32,000 bases of DNA from contig NC_010628.1 of NCBI RefSeq assembly GCF_000020025.1, positions 930,001-962,000 on the forward strand, read 5' to 3'. Source of the DNA: Nostoc punctiforme PCC 73102 (lineage in GTDB: Bacteria; Cyanobacteriota; Cyanobacteriia; Cyanobacteriales; Nostocaceae). Positions 16,219-24,492 of this stretch are shown here, one piece after another. Each line of letters starts with the position of its first letter. Position 1 is the first letter of the stretch. Position numbers and translations under genes: made by a program. The notes under the pieces were generated by a model. The model made no database searches. It was given only the letters and a program-made list of their open reading frames with translations, and had not been told where the DNA came from.

Positions 16219-17859
16219 CAGCAATTCTCATTATGAGAATGGTTATCAATATGTTAAGAGCGAAACTAACCGATGAAGCCTGGGAGACGTTGAGAATTCT
16301 GCTGAATGATAAATTTGAACTAGGAGTGGCTACTTCAAACAGATTTTTAGACACAATGAACTACCAAGTAATACATGGCAATTCAAGCTAATTCCATGTA
16401 TTACACGGAGTTGTAAGTATTCTCAAAAAGTAAGATGAATTTTCAGCTTGTGTTGGGATGAAATTCTAATTCCAGTCCGTGGATCATAAAGTTAAGCAGA
16501 CTTTCCCAACTATCAAAATAAAGATAACGAGTTAAGGCGCGTAAATCATCAAAGAAGGTCTTGCGTGTTGGTAAATGCTGGCGGATAAATTGGTATTTCT
16601 CATCTATAATGTCAAGTAGAGTATGAAACAGAAATGCAAGGATATTAAAGGTTGCTAATAGGGAGGATAAATGCGTTTTCCCATGTCCGAAATTATGTTC
16701 TAAGTTGTAACCTTTGGTTTTAAGAGTGTTATTATTTTCGTTTTCTATTTTCCATCTGCTGCGACCATCTGACACAATCGCCTCAACATTAATATCTGTG
16801 ATTCGATGATTTGTCGCAAAGGTATTTTTGTAGATTATAGTCCCATCAGAGCGAGTAATGGCCAATTCACACCAGTTTACTAATAAAGCATCCTCGCTAT
16901 TCCGTAAAGGAATTTGGTTGACATAACGGTAGGTATAAATCTCATAGACTTTGCCCTTCCAATGTTTGACACTAAATGTATCAAGGGGCATTCCTTCTAA
17001 CCATTCATAAAGTGTTTTATGGGATTTAGACCGACACACTAGAATGAAATTTAGTTTTTCTTGTAGTAATAATTCACATAAAGGTTGATGGCAATAAAGA
17101 TCATCTCCTAAAATGGTAATACCAAGAGATGCGTACTGTTTGGCATATTTCTGAATCCAACGTTTTGCTGCCGCATTCTCACAATCCTGCTTTTGATATC
17201 CGTCTTGAGGGACAACAAACTCTGGTATTAACGGGATTACTTGAGAATTACTAGGACAAACAATTACTGGTGTCACCACAGTATGAAAATACTGAGTTGT
17301 TCCGTTTTTAAAAGTTCTGCTCGAACAGTGTTCACAGTGAATTTCATTGGAGCAAAAATATTCTGTTCCATCTAGAGCTATCAGCAAATTATTTTTAAAA
17401 GAACGAAATTTTGATAAGTGTTTACCATTCTCTAATGCTTTGAAAATCTTGGTAAACACCGGAAACACAACGGTTGGTTCTATCTCATCAAGTAAATCTC
17501 GGATATGGTTATCGCTTGGAATTTGGTGTACCCCAAACAAGCTTTGAGCATTATTATGTCCCTTACTATGTGCCATTGACCTTTGATGGGCAAGAAAAGA
17601 AGGACTCTGAGTAAAAAATATGGAGAATGCGCTTAATGCTGCATCACTCATTTGATAGCGTTTGTTTTTGCCTGTTCGCTTATCAGGTAAATCTTTCAGG
17701 ATTGACTGAAAGTATTGTACTATTTCGTCAAAAATTCCTGGCTGATTCAAAAAAGCTCCTGCGTTCGCGAGTATTGAGATACAAAAACCATACCTTTAAC
17801 TGAAAATTTTGCATAGATGCTAATGATAGTTATAATCATTCTCATGATGAGAATTGCTG
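16219..17859 (-). mobile_element. IS4/ISNCY-like insertion sequence (1641 bp) with a 9-bp TSD
   Basis: TIRs CAGCAATTCTCATTATGAGAATGGTTAT / CAGCAATTCTCATCATGAGAATGATTAT. Direct repeat GGTTTTCAT at 16210-16218 and 17860-17868. Confidence 0.88.
16443..17750 (-). CDS. DDE transposase of the IS4/ISNCY-like element
   Basis: Intact 435-aa ORF filling the element (...LIALDGTEYFCSNEIHCEHCS...ILGDDLYCHQP...SRWKIENENNNTLK...). Confidence 0.8.
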   Translation of the reverse strand: MNQPGIFDEIVQYFQSILKDLPDKRTGKNKRYQMSDAALSAFSIFFTQSPSFLAHQRSMAHSKGHNNAQSLFGVHQIPSDNHIRDLLDEIEPTVVFPVFTKIFKALENGKHLSKFRSFKNNLLIALDGTEYFCSNEIHCEHCSSRTFKNGTTQYFHTVVTPVIVCPSNSQVIPLIPEFVVPQDGYQKQDCENAAAKRWIQKYAKQYASLGITILGDDLYCHQPLCELLLQEKLNFILVCRSKSHKTLYEWLEGMPLDTFSVKHWKGKVYEIYTYRYVNQIPLRNSEDALLVNWCELAITRSDGTIIYKNTFATNHRITDINVEAIVSDGRSRWKIENENNNTLKTKGYNLEHNFGHGKTHLSSLLATFNILAFLFHTLLDIIDEKYQFIRQHLPTRKTFFDDLRALTRYLYFDSWESLLNFMIHGLELEFHPNTS

Positions 17860-18073
17860 GGTTTTCATAGCTGCGCTATCTGGGGCGAGTCGATATCTGA
17901 AGGGCTACAAGGTGAGAATGTGAAGCCTTATGCGTTTACTTTGGTACGACCAGTCTGCCCGATGCTATTAGTCCATCTGATAATCCAGTAACCTGCTTGA
18001 TCGTATTCTTTACCCTTATGCGTCCAGCCCCGATAAATACTGCCCTGCTGCCATTCCATGAACTCAGGGTCAT

Positions 18074-19340
18074 CTAGTAGTCTGCCAAGCTAACTTTGCT
18101 ATGTTAAATTTGGATATAAACGCTCCATTTTTCGGCGAGCATCTTTGGTTTGAAAACCCCAATAAACACTAGCTTTTTGCTGATTACGTTTTTTCTCCCA
18201 AGCGGCAATCTCAGAAGTTAATGTTTCTGCATTAGGAATACGCCGTTCTAAACATTGGCGAGATAAAACAGATAATTCGATTTCTACCTGATTCAGCCCT
18301 TCGGGTTCGCCAGTTGCTTCAAGTCGGGGAACCCGCCCAACGCACTGGCTCACCAAGAAGCGTGTTTAGGAGTATAGTGAAACTCTAACTTTTGAATAAT
18401 TCGACGTGCTTCTTCTGGTGGAAAAACTTCATATAATGCATTGGGTGTATGAATATTCAAGTTATCAACTACTAAACGAATAACATCGGCATCTCGGTAG
18501 GAAACATCTACTAAATTTTTCATTTGTTTAGCAAAATCGGCTTTAGTTCGACGTTCTGTAACTTCGATATGCCGCCATCCAGCCAAGGGTTGAAAACATG
18601 CGAATAAATTTACTGTCCCGTTACGTTTATACTCAAAATCCTAACGTTCAGGTTGCTCTGGGCTGTGGTGGCAAAAGAAGTCTTACTTCTTCTACTAATT
18701 GGTATTGGGACGTCATCAAAGCAGACTACAGGGCGTTTAGGATCATAAGGCTCATTGTATAAATCCAGCACATCTTCCATTCGGAAAACATATTCTGCGT
18801 TAACTTCAGGAATACACCATTGTTCTTTCAACCAAGGCTTAATTTCATTTTTTTTAAAGTTTGACGTACTGTTTCATCTGAGATTGAATCTATGATACCA
18901 ACGTTCACTAAATGATCTGCTAATAATTGCATTGTCCAACGCACTCTTCCTTCTGGCGGATTAGAACAAGCTGTTGCAATCAAAAATGCTTCTTGCTTTT
19001 CATCTAATTTTTTATGTTTTGGTGGATGAACTTCATCCTTTAAAGCAAAATCTAACCCTCCAATGACAAATTTTTCTCGTATTCGTTGCACTGTTGCAAC
19101 ATGCGCTCTAACTATGCTAGCGATCGCTTGATCCGTTTCTCCTTCGGAAGCCATCAAAAGAATGTTTGCACGGCTTATGGTTCTTGCCTTATGCTTACCT
19201 TTCTTAATTATCGATTGCAGTTGGGAAACTTCATCTTCATTCAAGTCAACAATGTACTTTTTTGCCATGTTACACCCCGTTTTTGGCTATTTTACCAATT
19301 AGAGGTTTTACTTAGCAAAGTTACCTTGGTACACTACTAG
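18074..19340 (-). mobile_element. IS630-family insertion sequence, copy B (1267 bp), inverted relative to copy A
   Basis: Same TIRs and CTAG ends as copy A. The 146-aa and 85-aa ORF translations are identical to those of copy A. Confidence 0.9.
18099..19268 (-). pseudogene. IS630-family DDE transposase, fragmented (copy B)
   Basis: Same A8 slip site and 56-bp insertion as copy A. Its private 1-bp indels fall in the segment encoding [11 protein letters not shown]..., which reads [11 protein letters not shown]... here. Confidence 0.85.
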
Positions 19341-19666
19341 TTCCGACTTAAAGGACTGGTCATAAATGGCATCCTCAAAGCCTTGTTTATAAATCAAGAA
19401 CTGGATTTCATTCTCAAAGGCTATGGAGTCATGCAAGGGATAATCGCGGATACCATCATATTCCTGTTGCCCCAAGGTGTATAACTGGATGATTTGGGTT
19501 AACCGAGGGTCAAGGCTGGCGCGTTCAGGGGTTTCTTGGGTGGTCTTAGCTTTGGTCATTGTTTGTATATCACAGTGATATACAAAAATAGTCAAGTTGA
19601 CGAACCGCCGTACTTATAAGTCCTGAGCATAAGTGATCGCCTAGGACTAAGGGCTACCGTGGGCGG

Positions 19667-19948
19667 CTAGATGGCATAAGTGTAGATAACGTAGATTTTT
19701 CTAGACTTCTTTTTAGGGGTTAAGTTACCCCAATCAACCCCAATCTCATTAGGGTTTGATTTGTAAAAAGTATCGACCATGTTGATCGTACCGTCCCAGA
19801 CCCAGCCAGCCGCTTCCATAGCCTTCAGTATTCTGTCGAGAACTTTTTCAACTACGGGGATGTAGGTTTTACGAGTAGCTGTAGTGGATACTGAAGATAC
19901 TATTTGGACAATTGGGGTTTCTGATGCAACTTGGGTAATCTGTGTCAT
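19667..19948 (-). CDS. Hypothetical protein
   Basis: 93-aa ORF with an ATG start. No motif recognised. Confidence 0.45.
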   Translation of the reverse strand: MTQITQVASETPIVQIVSSVSTTATRKTYIPVVEKVLDRILKAMEAAGWVWDGTINMVDTFYKSNPNEIGVDWGNLTPKKKSRKIYVIYTYAI

Positions 19949-20025
19949 AATAGAGATTCCTTTGGTTTTGTAGTTATTACTGAGGGATTTATAGCGCTTT
20001 TCTGAGTGCCAATCAGGGAGCGCTT

Positions 20026-20172
20026 TTAACTTTGGTTATTCTTGGGTAATATCTTACTTTTGATGTAAGCATTTAATGATACTTGCTGCCCTACTGACTG
20101 GCTGTATTCCAACTGAGCTTTAAGTAACTGTTGGTATTCCTCATCCGTCAGCCGAACCGTTAAGTTTTTCAT
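20026..20172 (-). CDS. Small ribbon-helix-helix-like protein, 48 aa
   Basis: MKNLTVRLTDEEYQQLLKAQLEYSQSVGQQVSLNAYIKSKIL.... GAGGGGAG Shine-Dalgarno 4 nt upstream. Too short for the ORF track. Confidence 0.5.
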   Translation of the reverse strand: MKNLTVRLTDEEYQQLLKAQLEYSQSVGQQVSLNAYIKSKILPKNNQS

Positions 20173-20386
20173 TACTCCCCTCTGAACTCCATACATTCAT
20201 AGTAGTCTTTGACTGAGTTGACTGCACCAGTAATATTACTGTACTTTAGACATAGTTTAATAACTTAAGATCCTTAAGTAGTATTTTAGTAGCCGTAGAA
20301 AAATCCCCCAGGATTCCTGAGAGATTAAACCAATATTCGATGTATTTTAGTCTTTGGCTTCTTAATGCCTAGAATCAGGTTAACTC

Positions 20387-21487
20387 TTATATCTCCGGTA
20401 ACACAATGTTTCTACTAACACCCGCATAGTGATCATTAATAACCCTTGGGCTATTCCCAACCACCCTAGCTACCTCAGCAGCAGTCAGACCAGATTCAAG
20501 CATTCTAGTAATAGCTGTATGCCTAGTGTTGTAAGCTGGCCTGTAGCGCTCTACTAATCTCTGTTCAATCAACTGGTTAATCTTAGGTTTCCAGTAGTCC
20601 GATAAAAATCTATTGTTATTTATAATACCTCCAGACACACTGGTAAACACCTGATCCGTCTGTGCGCCCCTAGTCAGCCCTTTAAGTAATCTAATCAACT
20701 GAGGGTTACAAGGGACACTTCTAGTCTCTCCGGTTTTCGTAGGTTTTCTGGTATCCAACCCCAGGTAATAAGAGGCATTTATGGTAACACTACGGTAATC
20801 AGGGGCTATCTGTTTCCACTGTAGGGCGATCGCTTCACCCGTCCGGCAACCAGTAATAAACAGGAAGTTAACAAAGGTCTCGTAGTGATCACCCCGGAAA
20901 GCATCCAGTATGGCTAACATCTCAGAGGTACTAAAAGCATCTATGGGTTTTCTTTTGGGTCTTTTGATACCTTTGGATAACCCGGTAAACCTATTGGTTT
21001 TTAGTAGCCCTTGGGATACCGCCCAGTTACTAGCGGCATTAAGTAGTATTAGTATTTGCCTAGCGGAACTAGCGCCCCTATGTTGTACTATCCAGTCCTT
21101 TATCTTTTCAGCATCATTAGGATTCTCGTAAGGCACAGAGGCGATTAGGCGCTTCCATTTACCTTGGTAAGCCTTATGATATGTAGAGACGGCTAAATCA
21201 GTTTTTCTATGTTCACTAAATAGCTGCCAAAGTTCGCTAAGGGTTATCTGTTTCTTTGGTTGGCTCTTGGATGCCCGGTAATCATCGATACAGAACTTAT
21301 CAGCCGCGATCGCGTCCTCAATATCCCAGGCAAGCCTTTGTACCTGCTTAATACTTCCTGGGTTATGAGTATCCAACCCGGTAGATATATAACGACTGGA
21401 GCCATTAGCGATCATTCTGGGTAGTTGAAGGCGATATTTACCGCGGTACTCCTCGATGCCGACTGTACCCGGTTTAGCTTTTTTCAT
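20387..21487 (-). CDS. Tyrosine recombinase / phage-type integrase (Int2)
   Basis: Catalytic residues in ...ITGCRTGEAIAL..., ...YNTRHTAITRML... and ...NDHYAG. Arm-type N-terminus GKYRLQLPR. The ATG at 21487 has an upstream AGGTGG. Confidence 0.9.
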   Translation of the reverse strand: MKKAKPGTVGIEEYRGKYRLQLPRMIANGSSRYISTGLDTHNPGSIKQVQRLAWDIEDAIAADKFCIDDYRASKSQPKKQITLSELWQLFSEHRKTDLAVSTYHKAYQGKWKRLIASVPYENPNDAEKIKDWIVQHRGASSARQILILLNAASNWAVSQGLLKTNRFTGLSKGIKRPKRKPIDAFSTSEMLAILDAFRGDHYETFVNFLFITGCRTGEAIALQWKQIAPDYRSVTINASYYLGLDTRKPTKTGETRSVPCNPQLIRLLKGLTRGAQTDQVFTSVSGGIINNNRFLSDYWKPKINQLIEQRLVERYRPAYNTRHTAITRMLESGLTAAEVARVVGNSPRVINDHYAGVSRNIVLPEI

Positions 21488-21558
21488 GGTAGCCACCTGA
21501 TAACTAAGCAGGCTTTGAGCCTACCAGGGAAGCAACAAGTATATTAGATGATTTTATT

Positions 21559-22671
21559 TTACCTTAGAGGTATATCAGGTAACTTGGGACGGTTAACCAG
21601 ATGAGCGTAAGTTTGCATAACCATTCGGGTGTCTTTATGTCCCAGTAAATATGCCACCCCCGTAACCGATGTGCCTTGGTCTATGGCATGACTGGCAGTT
21701 GTGTGCCGAGTCGTATAAGGTCTTCGGTAATCTACACCAACTTTAGTTAAAACCTTAACCCAGTATCTCTCTCGGAAGTTACCATCATCTATAGGTTTTC
21801 CTTTGACTGTAGTAAATACTAAGGAATCCGGGTCAGTTTTAGAGGGTTTGAGCGACCACAATAAGCCCCTTAACTCTTCGGTCATTTCTAGCTGTCGGTT
21901 ACTACCTGTTTTAGTCTCCTTTCTGACCCTCTGATATCCGTTACCTGCCCAATCCCTAGATAGGCTTTCTTGGATGGTTACAAACCCTTGGTCAAAGTCT
22001 ACATGACACCAACGTAGCCCAATAGCTTCAGATGTCCTAACACCTGTAGCCAGCAGAAACTTAATAAAAGGCGCGTAGTGCATGGCAGACTCTTCAAAGC
22101 CCTGGATAATCACTTTAATCTCTCTGGAAGTAAAGGGTTTGATTGACTTGGTACACACCCTACGGGTTTTTAGCTCGTCATAGGGGTTACTATTTCCCAG
22201 GTTTTTTGATATGGCCCAACGATAACATCTTTTCAAATAACCCAGGCGTTGATTGAAAGTTGAGGCTCCTAAGTTAGATTTGGTCAGCCACAGAGTATCC
22301 ATCAAATCAGGGTTAGCTTTAAGAATCTGCTGCCTAATAGCTTTGTAGTGGTGTTGTCTGGTAGCTACTGAAAGGCTGAGGCTGTCTACCCAGTAATCCC
22401 ACAGTTCCAGTAGCGTTTGAGGTATTGAGGCTTGGTTACTGGATTGTATAGATTGCTTCGAGGTTAGTCGGTATCGGTCTAATGTGGAGTCAAAGTTCTT
22501 AGCTAGGATATCATTCTGTATTGTAGTGGCGATCGCTTGGGCTATATCTAAATCTCTTTTGTTGTCAAATCTACCCCCAGGGACAGGATTAAAACCATAA
22601 CGTTTACCATTAACACTAAATCTTAACTGAATACTTCCTTGGTTATTCCTGGATGGCTCTATTTTTCTCAT
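21559..22671 (-). CDS. Tyrosine recombinase / phage-type integrase (Int1)
   Basis: ...LATGVRTSEAIGL..., ...YTTRHTTASHAI..., ...LGHKDTRMVMQTYAHL. N-terminus GSIQLRFSVNGKRYGF. Confidence 0.9.
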   Translation of the reverse strand: MRKIEPSRNNQGSIQLRFSVNGKRYGFNPVPGGRFDNKRDLDIAQAIATTIQNDILAKNFDSTLDRYRLTSKQSIQSSNQASIPQTLLELWDYWVDSLSLSVATRQHHYKAIRQQILKANPDLMDTLWLTKSNLGASTFNQRLGYLKRCYRWAISKNLGNSNPYDELKTRRVCTKSIKPFTSREIKVIIQGFEESAMHYAPFIKFLLATGVRTSEAIGLRWCHVDFDQGFVTIQESLSRDWAGNGYQRVRKETKTGSNRQLEMTEELRGLLWSLKPSKTDPDSLVFTTVKGKPIDDGNFRERYWVKVLTKVGVDYRRPYTTRHTTASHAIDQGTSVTGVAYLLGHKDTRMVMQTYAHLVNRPKLPDIPLR

Positions 22672-22749
22672 TTGCCTTAAACTTGACTTAAGTTTTGCGT
22701 TTAAGGCAGATAAGGTCTTATCTGGGCTATATTATCAGCCGTTAGGCTA

Positions 22750-22796
22750 CACCCTTGGTAAGGGTGAGGTCACGAGTTCAATCCTCGTCACGGGCT
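22750..22796 (+). other. tRNA-Thr(GGU)-like 3' fragment: anticodon arm, T arm and 3' acceptor strand. Putative att core.
   Basis: CACCC-TTGGTAA-GGGTG, then AGGTC, then ACGAG-TTCAATC-CTCGT, then CACGGGC-T. No complementary 5' acceptor strand (GCCCGTG) or normal D arm lies upstream. Confidence 0.6.
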
Positions 22797-23106
22797 TAGG
22801 CCAGACAAATCTAGTAGTCATAAAGCACCTTAACTTGTCCTAAGTGTGTCCTAAAGCTTAAGACACTTTAAGGTGCTTGGCAATGATTCAAAGCCTCTTG
22901 ACTTTCAGGGCGTTTTTTAGCCACCTAGGGAGCCACCGAGTCAACTACAGGGTGACTGTCAGCCTACTTTCCAGGTCATATCCATTGAGGGTAGACTGAG
23001 TTTTACCAAAGTCTACCCCCAGAATCAGTTAGATACCTAGTAGGGCGATCGCTAAGGGTTAGATGGGATAAGTGTATTTGAGTCTTTGGTATTATTTTCA
23101 GGGTGC

Positions 23107-23340
23107 TTAGGTGGGCTGGATAATCTCTAATATTGACTCATAGGTGGTTGCGTCTAGTCCGTCAGCCGTTACAAATATCTCAGCAGCCTCAGCCTTATCA
23201 AAACCTGAGTCAGTTAGAGTAACCGTGTAGCTATGTGCATTGATAAAATCTTCCGTCGGATTACCATTTTCATCCTCGGCTGTTACAAAGTCGATATCAT
23301 CACCAGTTAGCTCTATACCATCCAGAGTAATAGTAAACAT
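23107..23340 (-). CDS. Very acidic small protein (77 aa)
   Basis: 18 Asp/Glu against one Lys and no Arg. ATG start. Confidence 0.55.
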   Translation of the reverse strand: MFTITLDGIELTGDDIDFVTAEDENGNPTEDFINAHSYTVTLTDSGFDKAEAAEIFVTADGLDATTYESILEIIQPT

Positions 23341-23360
23341 TGCCTAATCCTTCAGTACTT

Positions 23361-23672
23361 TCACCTCTGGTTACTAGCCTGGCTCGACTGAAGTACCCTA
23401 GACTGCTTGATAACCTCAGTCTGTGTCAGGGATTTCTTAGGCTCAGGATTATTTCTAGCCGCCAATAACTCTATCAGTCTACCCCGTTGTTCTGGATTAA
23501 GCCCCCTGTAGACTTCTAGCCTTTTTCTTTGCTGGTCTGTAAGACTCTGGTGAACCTTTAGGCGTTCTTGATGAACCTCAGCAGCCTTTTTAGATGACCT
23601 AAGCGAAATATGTAATTTCACCCTGTGGACGTATAGGGTTAACCAAGCTAGTATTAAGTATAGCTTTGTCAA
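23361..23672 (-). CDS. Hypothetical basic coiled-coil protein, start uncertain
   Basis: ORF with only a TTG or GTG start. ...HQERLKVHQSLTDQQRKRLEVYRGLNPEQRGRLIELL.... Confidence 0.35.
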   Translation of the reverse strand: MTKLYLILAWLTLYVHRVKLHISLRSSKKAAEVHQERLKVHQSLTDQQRKRLEVYRGLNPEQRGRLIELLAARNNPEPKKSLTQTEVIKQSRVLQSSQASNQR

Positions 23673-23716
23673 ACTACATACTTAATAAATCTAAGTAAGG
23701 ATAGATTATCAAAATC

Positions 23717-24094
23717 ATGCAAGTTTATTTAAACGTTCTACCCGTTGCAAGTGAAAAAGAGGTTGTAGAGGTCATATTATTGGAAAACCTTACCAAAAAG
23801 CAAATCCTTGACCGCCTAGAGGATGTATTGAAAAGAGAACGTGAGTATTCGTTAGCCGTAGCGGATTCAGTATTTAATGATTCTGATAAAGAGGAAGCCA
23901 AGGATTTAGTAACCTTAAACGAATATTTAGAAAGACAGAATATTGTAGTATCTAAGGGTGATTTCCACCTGTTAGCCGTAAGGGTAGCCAAAGCATATAT
24001 CGAGGAATACGGAATCAAGCCGCGCCGCGTTAATCGGAAAAGTCCAATATCAGGGGATTTTAAAAATAAAGCTTACGGATATACTGATGACTAG
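23717..24094 (+). CDS. Hypothetical protein
   Basis: 125-aa ORF with an ATG start, divergent from the 23361-23672 ORF. Confidence 0.45.
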   Translation: MQVYLNVLPVASEKEVVEVILLENLTKKQILDRLEDVLKREREYSLAVADSVFNDSDKEEAKDLVTLNEYLERQNIVVSKGDFHLLAVRVAKAYIEEYGIKPRRVNRKSPISGDFKNKAYGYTDD

Positions 24095-24192
24095 TTATAC
24101 GTTATTGACCGCGTGTTGACCACCATACCCCATGTGAAAAACCCTAGAAGATAACTAAGTGACCTCTGGGGATTTATTGTGGATTCTAGGGG

Positions 24193-24480
24193 CTACAGGC
24201 ATTGGTAAGTCTGTAGTATTACCTCTCGATCGCTGTCGGGCATCTTAGAAGTATGCACCCTGTATTTTACCCCTGACTCTAAAACGACATCATACTCAGA
24301 TGATTGGTAATAAAGGACTTTGGTATTTACAGGGGTGGCTGAATCTATGTTCTTAGCTAGGATATCATTCTGTATTTGGCTAGCGATCGCTTGAGTCGTT
24401 TTGAAGTCCCTGTTGTTAGCAAACTGCCCCCCATGTATGGGATTAAAGCTGTAACGTTTACCGCTCACGTAAAACTTCAA
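24193..24480 (-). pseudogene. Remnant of a third tyrosine-integrase gene (arm-binding N-terminal region only)
   Basis: QLKFYVSGKRYSFNPIHGGQFANNRDFKTTQAIASQIQNDILAKN parallels Int1 IQLRFSVNGKRYGFNPVPGGRFDNKRDLDIAQAIATTIQNDILAKN. The two share 28 identical nt (GTTCTTAGCTAGGATATCATTCTGTATT). The first ~10 codons and the whole catalytic domain are missing. Confidence 0.75.
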
Positions 24481-24492
24481 CTGACTATAAGT

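Larger units (their letters stand above)
17928..19559 (-). pseudogene. Hypothetical gene split by IS630 copy B
   Basis: N-terminal part at 19559-19341 (MTKAKTTQETPERASLD...QSFKSE) and C-terminal part at 18076-17928 (LDDPEFMEWQQGSIYRGWTHKGKEYDQAGYWIIRWTNSIGQTGRTKVNA). They join in frame across a single CTAG. Confidence 0.6.

Noticed and set aside
12977-19340. The two IS630 copies as ends of a composite transposon that moved as a unit
   Set aside because: The split ORF rejoins in frame across copy B alone (19341|18073) and copy A has its own CTAG junctions. These are two independent simple insertions, not one composite insertion.
22720-22798. A complete, functional tRNA-Thr gene
   Set aside because: There is no 5' acceptor strand complementary to CACGGGC. 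The would-be D arm (AGCC-GTTA-GGCT) has only a 4-nt loop. Only the 3' two-thirds is tRNA-like.
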